NCBI GenBank assembly: GCA_942493095.1
Contig: OW818675.1
Span: 900,001 to 932,000, forward strand
DNA: 32,000 nt
Reading direction: 5' to 3'
Origin: Candidatus Electronema halotolerans
GTDB lineage: Bacteria; Desulfobacterota; Desulfobulbia; Desulfobulbales; Desulfobulbaceae
Within the stretch, counting starts at the first letter, position 1; each line of letters starts with the position of its first letter. A program made the translations under genes and the position numbers. Below are positions 16,637-24,959 of the stretch, one piece after another. A model generated the notes under the pieces. That model had not been told where the DNA came from. It saw nothing but the letters and a program-made list of their open reading frames with translations, and made no database searches.

Positions 16637-17942
16637 AGGGAACCTCGAAAAATTCGAGATAAAGTTTTTTCAGCTTATCAATAGTGTCTTTGACAGTTGA
16701 AAATTTCAAATACATAAATTGTTATTTCCTGTTTTTTATTTATTTTGAGCAAACTTCCGTTGAAATATGTTCCTGAATGCGTTTCTTTTTTTAAATCTTA
16801 AATTTTATTAAGAGTTCCGTACCTGTCAATATTGAACGTCAAGTTTCTCAAGCCTATTTTCGCAGCAGCGCGAATGAAACCTGTTCCTCGGAGAATCATA
16901 TTGCCAGCACGTTGCGCCTGGATGCCGAAGACGTGTTCAATCCGGGAGCGAATTTTTGATCTTGTCCGATTTCCCTGCTTCTCCCATTCGGTCAATTTCC
17001 GGCTTCGTGTTCCTTTGCGGTTCAGATGCTCTCTGTATCCATTCTCGTTCAACCAGTTGAGCTTTTTTTCAGATCTGTATGCCGAATCCGCATAGATATC
17101 CCGACTGGTGTTGTCAGGGTCAAGCAGCTCCTCAAAAATATTGCTGTCATGAACCTCGGCGCTGGTCACCGCATATTTTCGGATGAATTTATGCTTCACA
17201 TCAACAGATATATGATTTTTATAACCAAAAAAGCTTCTGCCGTTCTTTTTGGTCCAACGGGCATCAGTATCCTTCTGCGCCTGCTTATTCTCACTCCATC
17301 CTTCAGGCTGTTCACCATTCTTGATCTGCTTGTTTTCCTTGCGGCTGTTACGCTGGATCGGGGCGTTGACTATGGAAGCGTCGACTATCTGCCCTTTTCT
17401 GGCTTGATATCCATTTTCATCAAGAAATTCGTCAAAAACAGAAAACAGTTCCTCGATTTTTCCTGCTTTGGTCAAAGTTTCACGAAAAAGCCATATCGTT
17501 GTCGCATCTGGAACTTTGTCAGCCGCCCGAAGTCCAAGGAATCTGGAAAACGAATATCTGTCAAGAATTTGATATTCCATCCCTTTATCAGAAAGATTGT
17601 ATAATGATTGCAAAATTAAAATTTTGAACATCATGACTGAATCATAACCTTTAGCTCCAGCATTTGATTTCACAGGCTTTCTTTTTGCTTCTTCAAGAAT
17701 TGGCCGAAATATTTCCCAGTCAATAGCCTTGTTGATCTTAACTAAAGGATCACCTGCTTTGTCAATTCGGGAAAGACGAATATAAAAATCAAAAAATCCA
17801 AGTTGGTTCATCTGTGCATCTCCGGCAGCATGAGTTGAATTGATGCCGAAATTATAACATAATAGACTGAAATTTCAATATTAAAATAAAAAATAACAAA
17901 ACAAATGCAGCAGAATGGATGTTGTATTTTTCGAGGAACCCT
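16637..17942 (-). mobile_element. IS5-family insertion sequence (about 1.3 kb), apparently intact
   Basis: Terminal IRs AGGGAACCTCGAAAAAT (16637-16653) versus the reverse complement of 17926-17942, AGGGTTCCTCGAAAAAT. Boundaries are good to +/-2 bp. AT-rich relative to the host. Confidence 0.85.
16798..17811 (-). CDS. IS5-family DDE transposase (337 aa)
   Basis: IS5-like N-terminus (MNQLGFFD...KAIDWEIFRPILE...MFKILILQSLYNLSDKGMEYQILDRYSFSRFLGL). DDE contexts IVDASIV, YADSAYRS and RSRIEHVFG. Confidence 0.9.
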   Translation of the reverse strand: MNQLGFFDFYIRLSRIDKAGDPLVKINKAIDWEIFRPILEEAKRKPVKSNAGAKGYDSVMMFKILILQSLYNLSDKGMEYQILDRYSFSRFLGLRAADKVPDATTIWLFRETLTKAGKIEELFSVFDEFLDENGYQARKGQIVDASIVNAPIQRNSRKENKQIKNGEQPEGWSENKQAQKDTDARWTKKNGRSFFGYKNHISVDVKHKFIRKYAVTSAEVHDSNIFEELLDPDNTSRDIYADSAYRSEKKLNWLNENGYREHLNRKGTRSRKLTEWEKQGNRTRSKIRSRIEHVFGIQAQRAGNMILRGTGFIRAAAKIGLRNLTFNIDRYGTLNKI

Positions 17943-18071
17943 CATGCGGAGCAAATCGAGTCTGATCTATAACAGATGAAGCCTGATTTGGGATAAATCA
18001 AGCTCAATGAGGAACTGAATCAGCGGCATTGCCAGGAAACAGTGCCGCTGGGATAAACAAAAAAATTCAGT

Positions 18072-18968
18072 TTATTCGGCCAGCCGCCGCAATGCCTCCT
18101 CATAGCGGGCCGCTGTTTTTTCGACAATCTCCTCCGGCAGAGGCGGCGGCGGGGGCTGCTTGTTCCAGTCGAGCGAGGACAGGTAATCGCGGAGAAACTG
18201 CTTGTCAAAGCTGGGCTGGCCTTTGCCCGGCGCGTACTGATCCTGCGGCCAGAAGCGGGAGGAATCCGGGGTCAGCACCTCGTCAATCAGGAGCAGCTCG
18301 CCGTCCGGTGTCATGCCCAGCTCAAACTTGGTGTCAGCAATGATGATGCCTTTGCTCAAGGCGTATTGTGCCGCCTTTTCATAGAGACCGATGCTGATGG
18401 CCGCCATCTTCTCCGCTGTCTCCTTGCCGACTATCTCCTCCATTTTCGCAAGAGATATATTCTCATCATGCAGGCCCTGCTCGGCCTTGGTCGAAGGCGT
18501 AAAGAGCGGCTGAGGAAATTTGTCGGACTCGCGCAGGCCCGCAGGCAGGGCAAAACCGCAGACCGTGGTATTCTTCTTATACGCTGACCAGAACGAACCG
18601 GACAGATAGCCCCGGACGATGCACTCCACCGGCAGCACTTTGGTGCGGCGGACAAGCATGGAACGTCCTTCGAGTTGGTCGCGGTATTGGTGGCAGATGG
18701 CCGGATACTGGTCAACCTCAGCGGTCAGCAGGTGGTTGGGGGCAATGTCAGCCAGCAGCTTGAACCAGAACAGGGAAATCTTGGTCAGCACTTGGCCCTT
18801 GCCCGGCACCGGCTCGTTCATGACCACATCGTAGGCGGAAATCCGGTCGGTGGCAATCATGAGCAGCTTGTCCTCATGACCGGGTATTTCGTACATGTCG
18901 CGCACCTTGCCCCGGTGCAGCAGGTTCAGTTCGGGCAGATCAATTTGAATAAGAGCGGCAGCAGTCAT
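18072..18968 (-). CDS. purC: Phosphoribosylaminoimidazole-succinocarboxamide (SAICAR) synthase
   Basis: 298 aa with [27 protein letters not shown] and [11 protein letters not shown] motifs. Confidence 0.95.
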   Translation of the reverse strand: MTAAALIQIDLPELNLLHRGKVRDMYEIPGHEDKLLMIATDRISAYDVVMNEPVPGKGQVLTKISLFWFKLLADIAPNHLLTAEVDQYPAICHQYRDQLEGRSMLVRRTKVLPVECIVRGYLSGSFWSAYKKNTTVCGFALPAGLRESDKFPQPLFTPSTKAEQGLHDENISLAKMEEIVGKETAEKMAAISIGLYEKAAQYALSKGIIIADTKFELGMTPDGELLLIDEVLTPDSSRFWPQDQYAPGKGQPSFDKQFLRDYLSSLDWNKQPPPPPLPEEIVEKTAARYEEALRRLAE

Positions 18969-18992
18969 TTCGGCAAAATAATATGAAGGAGT

Positions 18993-19024
18993 GGAAAAAG
19001 AAGGGCAGAAGGAGCCTTCTGCCC
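18993..19024 (-). terminator. Rho-independent terminator downstream of adk
   Basis: The minus strand reads GGGCAGAAGG-CT-CCTTCTGCCC followed by TTCTTTTTCC, 19 nt after the adk stop. Confidence 0.7.
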
Positions 19025-19042
19025 GAAGAAGCGCGGAGCGAT

Positions 19043-19690
19043 TTACAGATTCAGCTCTTTTTTGATTGCCGCAATCACTGCGTCGCTGCTGACTGCCTCA
19101 ACCGAAAGCAACATGCCCTCTTTCTCATAAAAGCCGATCAGCGGGGCAGTCTTTTCGTTGTAGGTGGCAAGCCGGTGGCTGATCGCCTCCTCGGTCTCGT
19201 CCTCACGCTGCACGACCTTGGAACCGCACTTGTCGCAAATTCCTTCCTGTTTGGGCGGATTGGATTTGACGTTGTAAATTGCCTGGCAGGCGGAGTTCTC
19301 GCAGGTGCGGCGGGTGCAGAGGCGGTCAAGGATGACATCCTTGGGCACGTCAATGCTCACCACGCAGTCAAGGCTGATGCCGAGCTTGACTAATAGCTTT
19401 TTCAGCTCCTCAGCCTGCGGGATGGTGCGCGGAAAGCCGTCAAGCAGGAAGCCGTTGGCGCAGTCCGGCTCTTGCAGCCGCTTTTCCATGATGCCCATGA
19501 TCAGCGAGTCCGGCACGAGGTCGCCGCGCTTCATATAGCCCTCAGCCTCTTTGCCCAGCTCGGTTCCAGCCTGCACGGCCCCGCGCAGAATGTCGCCAGT
19601 GGAAATCTGGACAGAGCCGTCAATGGCGGTCAGCAGCTTGGCAACCGTGCCTTTGCCTGCGCCGGGCGCGCCGAGAAGTATCAGTTTCAT
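19043..19690 (-). CDS. adk: Adenylate kinase (long form with Cys-containing LID)
   Basis: ATG 19690 after AAGGAGAA. P-loop [15 protein letters not shown] and the block [10 protein letters not shown]. The upstream extension to 19879 is discounted. Confidence 0.93.
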   Translation of the reverse strand: MKLILLGAPGAGKGTVAKLLTAIDGSVQISTGDILRGAVQAGTELGKEAEGYMKRGDLVPDSLIMGIMEKRLQEPDCANGFLLDGFPRTIPQAEELKKLLVKLGISLDCVVSIDVPKDVILDRLCTRRTCENSACQAIYNVKSNPPKQEGICDKCGSKVVQREDETEEAISHRLATYNEKTAPLIGFYEKEGMLLSVEAVSSDAVIAAIKKELNL

Positions 19691-19872
19691 GGTGTTCTCC
19701 TTGTAAGTATTTGTGCGAAAAGATAATTGCTGTTCAGGACAGAGCTGCGCAGGGTGCGGAAAGCTCCGCTGGCAAGATACCTTATTTTTCCGCAGGAGGG
19801 TAGAGCAAAGTGGGCGCGGCATGTGGCAGCTCTCAGAGCGGGCAGTCCAGCTTGAATCCGCAAATATTTTTC

Positions 19873-19901
19873 TTGACATAGTAATGATTACTAATTATCT
19901 C
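19873..19901 (+). promoter_or_regulatory. Candidate promoter (TTGACA 19873-19878, 17 nt, TATCTC) whose spacer is a 7-1-7 Fur-family-type operator TAGTAAT-G-ATTACTA (19879-19893)
   Basis: Perfect 15-bp dyad immediately after a perfect -35 hexamer, 45 nt upstream of the perR-like start. Confidence 0.45.
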
Positions 19902-19937
19902 TTCTTACAATCCGATGAACCGCACTGGAGCAATCCT

Positions 19938-20588
19938 ATGAAGTGTTTCCGCATGACCAATCAACGGGAAGTGATTCTTGAAGAAATTGCTAAATACAAG
20001 GGACATCCCACAGCTGATCTTCTCTATGAGCGGGTCAGAAAGAAACTGCCGCGCATAAGTTTGGCGACAGTTTACAGAAATCTTGAAATTCTCTCGAAAG
20101 CAGGTAAGATCAGAAAATTGGAAATAAGCGGGCGGCAGAAACGTTTTGACCGGGAGCTGGAGGAGCACAATCATATCTGCTGTGTGCAGTGCCATCGGAT
20201 TGACAACATTCATATCGCTCCAGAACAGATGCTGGCCTCCGGCTCTGAACAGAAGACAGGATATAAAATCTTCGGCTGGCGGGTTGAATTCTTTGGCATC
20301 TGCCCTGAATGCCAAGAGAAAAACGCTGCCAACGCTAAGAAACAGAAAGGAGCGGTCCGGCTGAATGAACGACAGCTCAAAGTGCTGACCGCCTTGAAAA
20401 CGTGCGGCAAGCCATGCACGGGCCGTGACATTGCCGCTGTCACCTCGCTTGAGCCGCCTCAGGTGCGCTGTCAGCTTTCAGCCCTGAAAAAGAAGGGGCT
20501 GGCGGTCAGTCCGGCCCGCTGCAAATACAAAATAACCAAAGCAGGCAAAATTGCCTGTGAGTGCAAGGAGAATGAGTGCGATGGCTGA
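19938..20588 (+). CDS. perR: Fur-family (PerR-like) regulator with an additional about 88-aa Cys-rich C-terminal winged-helix-like domain
   Basis: Fur-like wHTH ([28 protein letters not shown]), an HNH metal-site segment, and CVQC and CPEC zinc pairs. The frame then continues as [52 protein letters not shown]. The start is taken at ATG 19938. The symbol is tentative. Confidence 0.75.
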   Translation: MKCFRMTNQREVILEEIAKYKGHPTADLLYERVRKKLPRISLATVYRNLEILSKAGKIRKLEISGRQKRFDRELEEHNHICCVQCHRIDNIHIAPEQMLASGSEQKTGYKIFGWRVEFFGICPECQEKNAANAKKQKGAVRLNERQLKVLTALKTCGKPCTGRDIAAVTSLEPPQVRCQLSALKKKGLAVSPARCKYKITKAGKIACECKENECDG

Positions 20589-21156
20589 ACTGAAAGGAAC
20601 ACAGACGGAAAAAAATATTCTCACCGCCTTTGCCGGTGAGTCGCAGGCCCGCAACCGCTACACCTATGCGGCCAAGATCGTGGCAAAGGAGGGCTTTGTC
20701 CAGATCGGATATTTGTTTACCCGCACTGCCGAGCAGGAGCGGGTCCATGCCAAAACCCTGTTCAAGCTCCTTCAGGGCGGCGAAGTCGAGATCACAGCCG
20801 CTTTTCCTGCCGGAGTGCTCGGCACGACCCTGGAGAATCTGGAAGCTGCGGCAGGCGGCGAGGAGCATGAGTACATGGACATGTATCCTTCTTTTGCCAA
20901 AACAGCGGAAGAAGAGGGCTTTCCGTTGATTGCCGCCACCTTCCGGGCCATTGCCAAGGCCGAGCAGCAGCATGCCAAGCAGTACCGCGCCTTGATCAGC
21001 AATCTGCAAGAGAACAAGGTGTTCCGCAAGGATGCGCCTGTCACGTGGCACTGCACCAAATGCGGCTATGTTCACGAGGGCGCGGAAGCCCCGCAGAAAT
21101 GTCCGGCCTGCGCCCATCCGCAGAGCTATTTCGAGCTGCTGGCGGAAAACTGGTGA
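20581..21156 (+). CDS. rbr: Rubrerythrin
   Basis: 191 aa. Diiron four-helix N-domain ([16 protein letters not shown]..., EQERVHA, EEHEY). C-terminal rubredoxin-like CTKCG...CPAC. The start ATGGCTGA overlaps the perR-like stop by 8 nt. Confidence 0.93.
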   Translation: MAELKGTQTEKNILTAFAGESQARNRYTYAAKIVAKEGFVQIGYLFTRTAEQERVHAKTLFKLLQGGEVEITAAFPAGVLGTTLENLEAAAGGEEHEYMDMYPSFAKTAEEEGFPLIAATFRAIAKAEQQHAKQYRALISNLQENKVFRKDAPVTWHCTKCGYVHEGAEAPQKCPACAHPQSYFELLAENW

Positions 21157-21271
21157 CTTTTTCGGCGTAAACAGACAAAATGATGCTGCGGCAGGGAGCC
21201 GTTCTCTTCTGCCGCGTCCATCAGCAAAAGCGCATTCCGCGCAAACAATCCCAAAAGGAGGATGATGCATC

Positions 21272-21667
21272 ATGGTTAAGAAAAATGAAGTTTATAAGTG
21301 CCCGATGTGCGGAAACATTGTCGCTGTCCTGCATGGCGGCGCGGGCGCGCTGGTCTGCTGCGGCCAGCCTATGGATTTGATGGAGGAAAACACAGTTGAC
21401 GCGGCCAAGGAAAAACACGTGCCAGTGATCGAGAAAACTGCGAACGGCTACAAGGTCATTGTCGGCTCTGTCGCCCATCCAATGGAGGAAAAGCACTGGA
21501 TTGAGTGGATTGAGCTGACGGTCGGCGGCATGGTCTGCCGCAAGGACCTCAAGCCCGGCGACAAGCCAGAGGCAGTCTTTGCCTGTAGCAGCTGCGGCTG
21601 CTCCTGCAAGAGCGAGGCTGTCACCGCCAGAGCCTACTGCAACCTGCATGGCAACTGGAAGTCTTGA
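21272..21667 (+). CDS. dfx: Desulfoferrodoxin (2Fe superoxide reductase)
   Basis: N-terminal desulforedoxin site CPMCG...CC. Centre II motifs [22 protein letters not shown] and [20 protein letters not shown]. Confidence 0.93.
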   Translation: MVKKNEVYKCPMCGNIVAVLHGGAGALVCCGQPMDLMEENTVDAAKEKHVPVIEKTANGYKVIVGSVAHPMEEKHWIEWIELTVGGMVCRKDLKPGDKPEAVFACSSCGCSCKSEAVTARAYCNLHGNWKS

Positions 21668-21693
21668 TCCTGACAAGCAAAAGGAGAATTCCC

Positions 21694-22287
21694 ATGAGCA
21701 CCTTGGTCACTAAACAGGCCCCTGATTTCACCGCCACCGCTGTCATGCCGGACTGCTCGTTCAAAGACGATTTCCGGCTTTCCGACTATCGCGGCAAGTA
21801 TGTTCTCCTGTTTTTTTATCCTCTTGATTTCACCTTTGTCTGCCCGTCCGAGATCATCGCCTTTGACCGCGCCTTGGCTGCGTTCAAGAAGCGGAACTGC
21901 GAAGTGATCGGCGTGTCCATTGATTCGCAGTTCAGCCATTTTGCATGGAAGAACACGCCTGTGAATCAAGGCGGCATCGGCAATGTGCAGTATCCTCTTG
22001 TTGCGGATTTGGACAAGAGAATATCCCGTCAGTACGGGATACTGATCGACATGGGCGTGGCCCTGCGCGGCACCTTCCTGATCGACAAGGAAGGCGTTGT
22101 CCGTCATGCCGTGGTCAATGATCTGCCGCTGGGACGCTCCACAGAAGAAGCCCTGCGCATGGTCGATGCTCTCATCTTCCACGAGACGCATGGCGATGTC
22201 TGTCCGGCTGACTGGCATGAGGGCAAGGAGGCCATGAAGCCGACCTCCGCAGGCGTGGCTGAGTATCTGGCCAAAAACGCAGGCTGA
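21694..22287 (+). CDS. ahpC: Typical 2-Cys peroxiredoxin (AhpC/Prx1 type)
   Basis: Peroxidatic [13 protein letters not shown] and resolving [12 protein letters not shown] 21694 after AAGGAGAA. Confidence 0.93.
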   Translation: MSTLVTKQAPDFTATAVMPDCSFKDDFRLSDYRGKYVLLFFYPLDFTFVCPSEIIAFDRALAAFKKRNCEVIGVSIDSQFSHFAWKNTPVNQGGIGNVQYPLVADLDKRISRQYGILIDMGVALRGTFLIDKEGVVRHAVVNDLPLGRSTEEALRMVDALIFHETHGDVCPADWHEGKEAMKPTSAGVAEYLAKNAG

Positions 22288-22331
22288 TTTTTTTTGTTTT
22301 TTATCAATCTTCAGCAAAGGACGACAGCACG

Positions 22332-22490
22332 ATGAAAAAATATACCTGTGTGGTTTGCGGCTACGTGTATGATCCAGAGGCAGGCGACCCGGACAACGGC
22401 GTTGCTCCCGGCACTGCCTGGGAGGATGTGCCTGATGACTGGCTCTGCCCGATCTGCGGCGCAGGCAAGGATGAGTTCGAGGAAGCATAA
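22332..22490 (+). CDS. rub: Rubredoxin (52 aa; below the ORF-track length cutoff)
   Basis: My own translation is [52 protein letters not shown], with canonical CxxCG ... CPxCG and WEDVPDDW motifs. Confidence 0.9.
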   Translation: MKKYTCVVCGYVYDPEAGDPDNGVAPGTAWEDVPDDWLCPICGAGKDEFEEA

Positions 22491-22493
22491 GTC

Positions 22494-23555
22494 ATGCGCA
22501 GGCAGCGGCCTTCCTTCCGCAGATGGGAAGGAAGCCGCTCCTTCTGCCGCTTGAGCATAATTGTCTCCCTGATTGGCAAGGGCATTTTCTGGCTGGGAGC
22601 ACTATTTGTTCTTTTATGGTTTGTCATCACCAGACCAGTCAAACTTCACTTCTGCTCCTGTCCATCTGAAAATAAAGTGAATCATGTCCGTCTAAAAGAG
22701 CATCTGCGGAAATTGAGTGAGGACTTTGTCCCTCGTGATTATCAGCATCCTGACAACATGCTCCGGGCGGCGGAATATATTCGACAAGCTCTGCTTCCTT
22801 GTGCTGACACGGTTGCTTTGCAAGCCTTTACCGTTGCGAGAGAAGGGGAATATGTTAATGTGTTGGCTGAATACGGCCCGGATACAAAAGAAATTCTGGT
22901 TGTCGGGGCGCATTATGATGCCTTTTCTGTTTTTCCCGGTGCAGATGACAATGCCAGCGGCGTAGCCGGATTGATTGAGCTGGGCGGCCTGCTGGCCCGG
23001 CTTGACCTGCGCAGCCGGGTTGAATTGGTCGCTTATGCGCTTGAAGAGCCGCCTTTTTTTGCCACCCAGGACATGGGCAGCGCAGTTCATGCCCGCAGCT
23101 TGAAAACGCAGGGAAAAACAGTCAGTTTGGCAATAGTTCTGGAAATGATCGGTTTTTTTAGCGATGCGAAAGGATCGCAGAGCTATCCGGCCCCGCTGCT
23201 GCAATTGTATTATCCTGACAAGGGCAATTTCATTGCAGTTGTTGATCAGGTTTTTTCGACAAAAGCACAGGATGTCAAATCTGCCATCAACCTCTGCACC
23301 GATCTGCCAGCGTATTCGATCAACGCCCCTGCTGCTGTGCCGGGCATTGATTTTTCTGATCACCGCAATTACTGGGCCGAGGGTTTTCCTGCGGTAATGG
23401 TGACAGATACCGCCTTTTACCGCAATTCATCCTATCACAGCGCGCACGACACCTTTGACACGTTGGATTATGACAAGATGGCGCAGGTTGTCTATGGAAT
23501 TTTTAAATATATCGAAAAGAATTATGCAAAAGAACCACATTCGCAGGAGAATTGA
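22494..23555 (+). CDS. Membrane-anchored M28-family zinc peptidase
   Basis: Hydrophobic N-terminal anchor (IFWLGALFVLLWFVI) and the M28 signature GAHYDA...GADDNASGVAGLIELG. The start is uncertain: ATG 22494 or TTG 22551 downstream of the hairpin. The stop lies 3 nt before the flavodiiron gene. Confidence 0.8.
   Translation: MRRQRPSFRRWEGSRSFCRLSIIVSLIGKGIFWLGALFVLLWFVITRPVKLHFCSCPSENKVNHVRLKEHLRKLSEDFVPRDYQHPDNMLRAAEYIRQALLPCADTVALQAFTVAREGEYVNVLAEYGPDTKEILVVGAHYDAFSVFPGADDNASGVAGLIELGGLLARLDLRSRVELVAYALEEPPFFATQDMGSAVHARSLKTQGKTVSLAIVLEMIGFFSDAKGSQSYPAPLLQLYYPDKGNFIAVVDQVFSTKAQDVKSAINLCTDLPAYSINAPAAVPGIDFSDHRNYWAEGFPAVMVTDTAFYRNSSYHSAHDTFDTLDYDKMAQVVYGIFKYIEKNYAKEPHSQEN
22505..22538 (+). 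other. Strong hairpin (about 13-bp stem with one bulged C, 7-nt loop) just after rubredoxin, inside the annotated 5' end of the peptidase ORF
   Basis: GCGGCCTTCCTTCC-GCAGATG-GGAAGGAAGCCGC. No U-tract follows. Confidence 0.4.
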
Positions 23556-23558
23556 CGC

Positions 23559-24773
23559 ATGAGACCTGTCCAACTGAGCAAAAATGTGTATTGGGTCGGA
23601 GCTGTTGACTGGCTGACCAGAGATTTTCACGGCTATTCCACAGAACGGGGCACAACCTACAATGCCTACTTGATCATTGATGAGAAAGTTGTCCTGATTG
23701 ACACGGTCAAGAGCGGCTACTGCCATGAGCTGATGCACCGGATCCGCAACATCATTGATCCGAAAAAAATTGACTACATGATTGTCAATCATGTGGAAAT
23801 GGACCATTCCGGCTCCCTGCCGCAGGCAGTGGCGGAGATTCAGCCGGAAAAGATCATCAGCTCCAAGATGGGCCAAAAAGCTCTGATTCAGCATTTTCAT
23901 CAGCCAGACTGGCCTTATCATGTGGTTGCGCCTGGCGAGCAGCTCCGCCTTGGCCCGAACAAAACCCTGAGCTTTCTCGAAACCAGGATGCTGCATTGGC
24001 CGGATTCGATGTTCACCTATCTGCAAGAGGATCAGATTCTGTTTTCCAGCGATGCCTTTGGTGAGCATTTAGCCAGCAGTGAGCGGTTTGATGACGAGGT
24101 CAATCAGGATGTGCTGATGCACGAGGCGACCAAATATTACGCCAACATCCTCACCCTGTATTCACCCTTGGTGAAAAAGCTGATTGCCCAAGTCTCTGAC
24201 ATGCACCTGCCGCTCAAGATGATCGCCCCGGATCACGGCATCATCTGGCGGAAAAATCCGAAAAAAATTATTGATGCCTACTCGCGCTGGTGCGTCAATG
24301 AGAGCAACGGCAAAGCCCTGGTCATCTACGACAGCATGTGGCATTCCACCGAGATGATGGCCAAAGCCATTGCCGGCGGCTTGCAGGACAAGGGCATCAG
24401 CTACAAGCTGCTCAATTTGCAGGTCAATCATCACAGCGAGGTGATGTGCGATGTTCTGGAGGCGGGCGCGGTCATTCTTGGCTGCCCAACGTTGAACAAC
24501 GGCATGCTGCCAAGAATGGCAGGCTTTCTCATGTACATGCGCGGCCTGCGGCCCACCAACAAGATTGGCGCGGCCTTTGGTTCTTATGGCTGGTCCGGCG
24601 AGGCGGTCAAGCTGATGAACACGGCCATGAGCGAAATGAATTTCCGTCTTGTCCATCCGGGCCTGCGGGTGCAATATGTGCCGGAGCACGAGCATCTTCA
24701 GGAATGTGTGCGGCTTGGCCATGCTGTGGCCCAGGCTCTGCTTGATGCGAAACAACAGGCTGCAGCGGCCTGA
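23559..24773 (+). CDS. roo: Flavodiiron protein (FprA / rubredoxin:oxygen oxidoreductase type)
   Basis: 404 aa. Metallo-beta-lactamase-like domain with HVEMDHSG (HxExDH) and a C-terminal flavodoxin-like domain (ALVIYDSMWHSTE...). Confidence 0.92.
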   Translation: MRPVQLSKNVYWVGAVDWLTRDFHGYSTERGTTYNAYLIIDEKVVLIDTVKSGYCHELMHRIRNIIDPKKIDYMIVNHVEMDHSGSLPQAVAEIQPEKIISSKMGQKALIQHFHQPDWPYHVVAPGEQLRLGPNKTLSFLETRMLHWPDSMFTYLQEDQILFSSDAFGEHLASSERFDDEVNQDVLMHEATKYYANILTLYSPLVKKLIAQVSDMHLPLKMIAPDHGIIWRKNPKKIIDAYSRWCVNESNGKALVIYDSMWHSTEMMAKAIAGGLQDKGISYKLLNLQVNHHSEVMCDVLEAGAVILGCPTLNNGMLPRMAGFLMYMRGLRPTNKIGAAFGSYGWSGEAVKLMNTAMSEMNFRLVHPGLRVQYVPEHEHLQECVRLGHAVAQALLDAKQQAAAA

Positions 24774-24808
24774 AAGCAGGTTGCGGCAGCCGCAGGAACA
24801 CGCTTCTG

Positions 24809-24837
24809 TTGCTTTGTCAGGCAGCTGATGGTAGAAT
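24809..24837 (+). promoter_or_regulatory. Candidate extended -10 promoter for the cyclase gene (TTGCTT, 17 nt, TGgTAGAAT)
   Basis: Hexamers read directly. It would give a leader of about 115 nt. Confidence 0.3.
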
Positions 24838-24959
24838 AACTATCTTTCCTGTCGGCGCAGGCAAAATCAGAGCTGCTTTTCGCTGCGCTGGCTGACAGCG
24901 CATGTTCAGCACCGACTGAATTCAACTTTTTCTCTCAGCACGCAGGAGCCTGTTTCACG

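Noticed and set aside
12700-18071. The AT-richer block as a possible defence or genomic island
   Set aside because: Every sizeable ORF in it is a transposase or transposase fragment. There is no integrase, tRNA attachment site, nuclease/helicase/ATPase or other defence hallmark. It is an IS accumulation zone rather than a cargo island.
17990-18071. Nested dyad downstream of purC (AACTGAAT ... CAGCGGCA-loop-TGCCGCTG ... ATTCAGTT), considered as the purC terminator
   Set aside because: On the minus strand the T-run lies before the stem, not after it, so it does not fit a canonical intrinsic terminator. It may still be a structured 3' end, but this was not called.
20506-22488. Minus-strand ORFs of 255 and 284 aa across rbr, dfx and ahpC
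   Set aside because: They are antisense to three genes with unmistakable catalytic motifs. They have no SD or family features and are an antisense artefact.
22692-24755. Minus-strand ORFs (223, 213 and 197 aa) over the M28 peptidase and flavodiiron genes
   Set aside because: They are antisense to genes with clear signatures and have no independent support.
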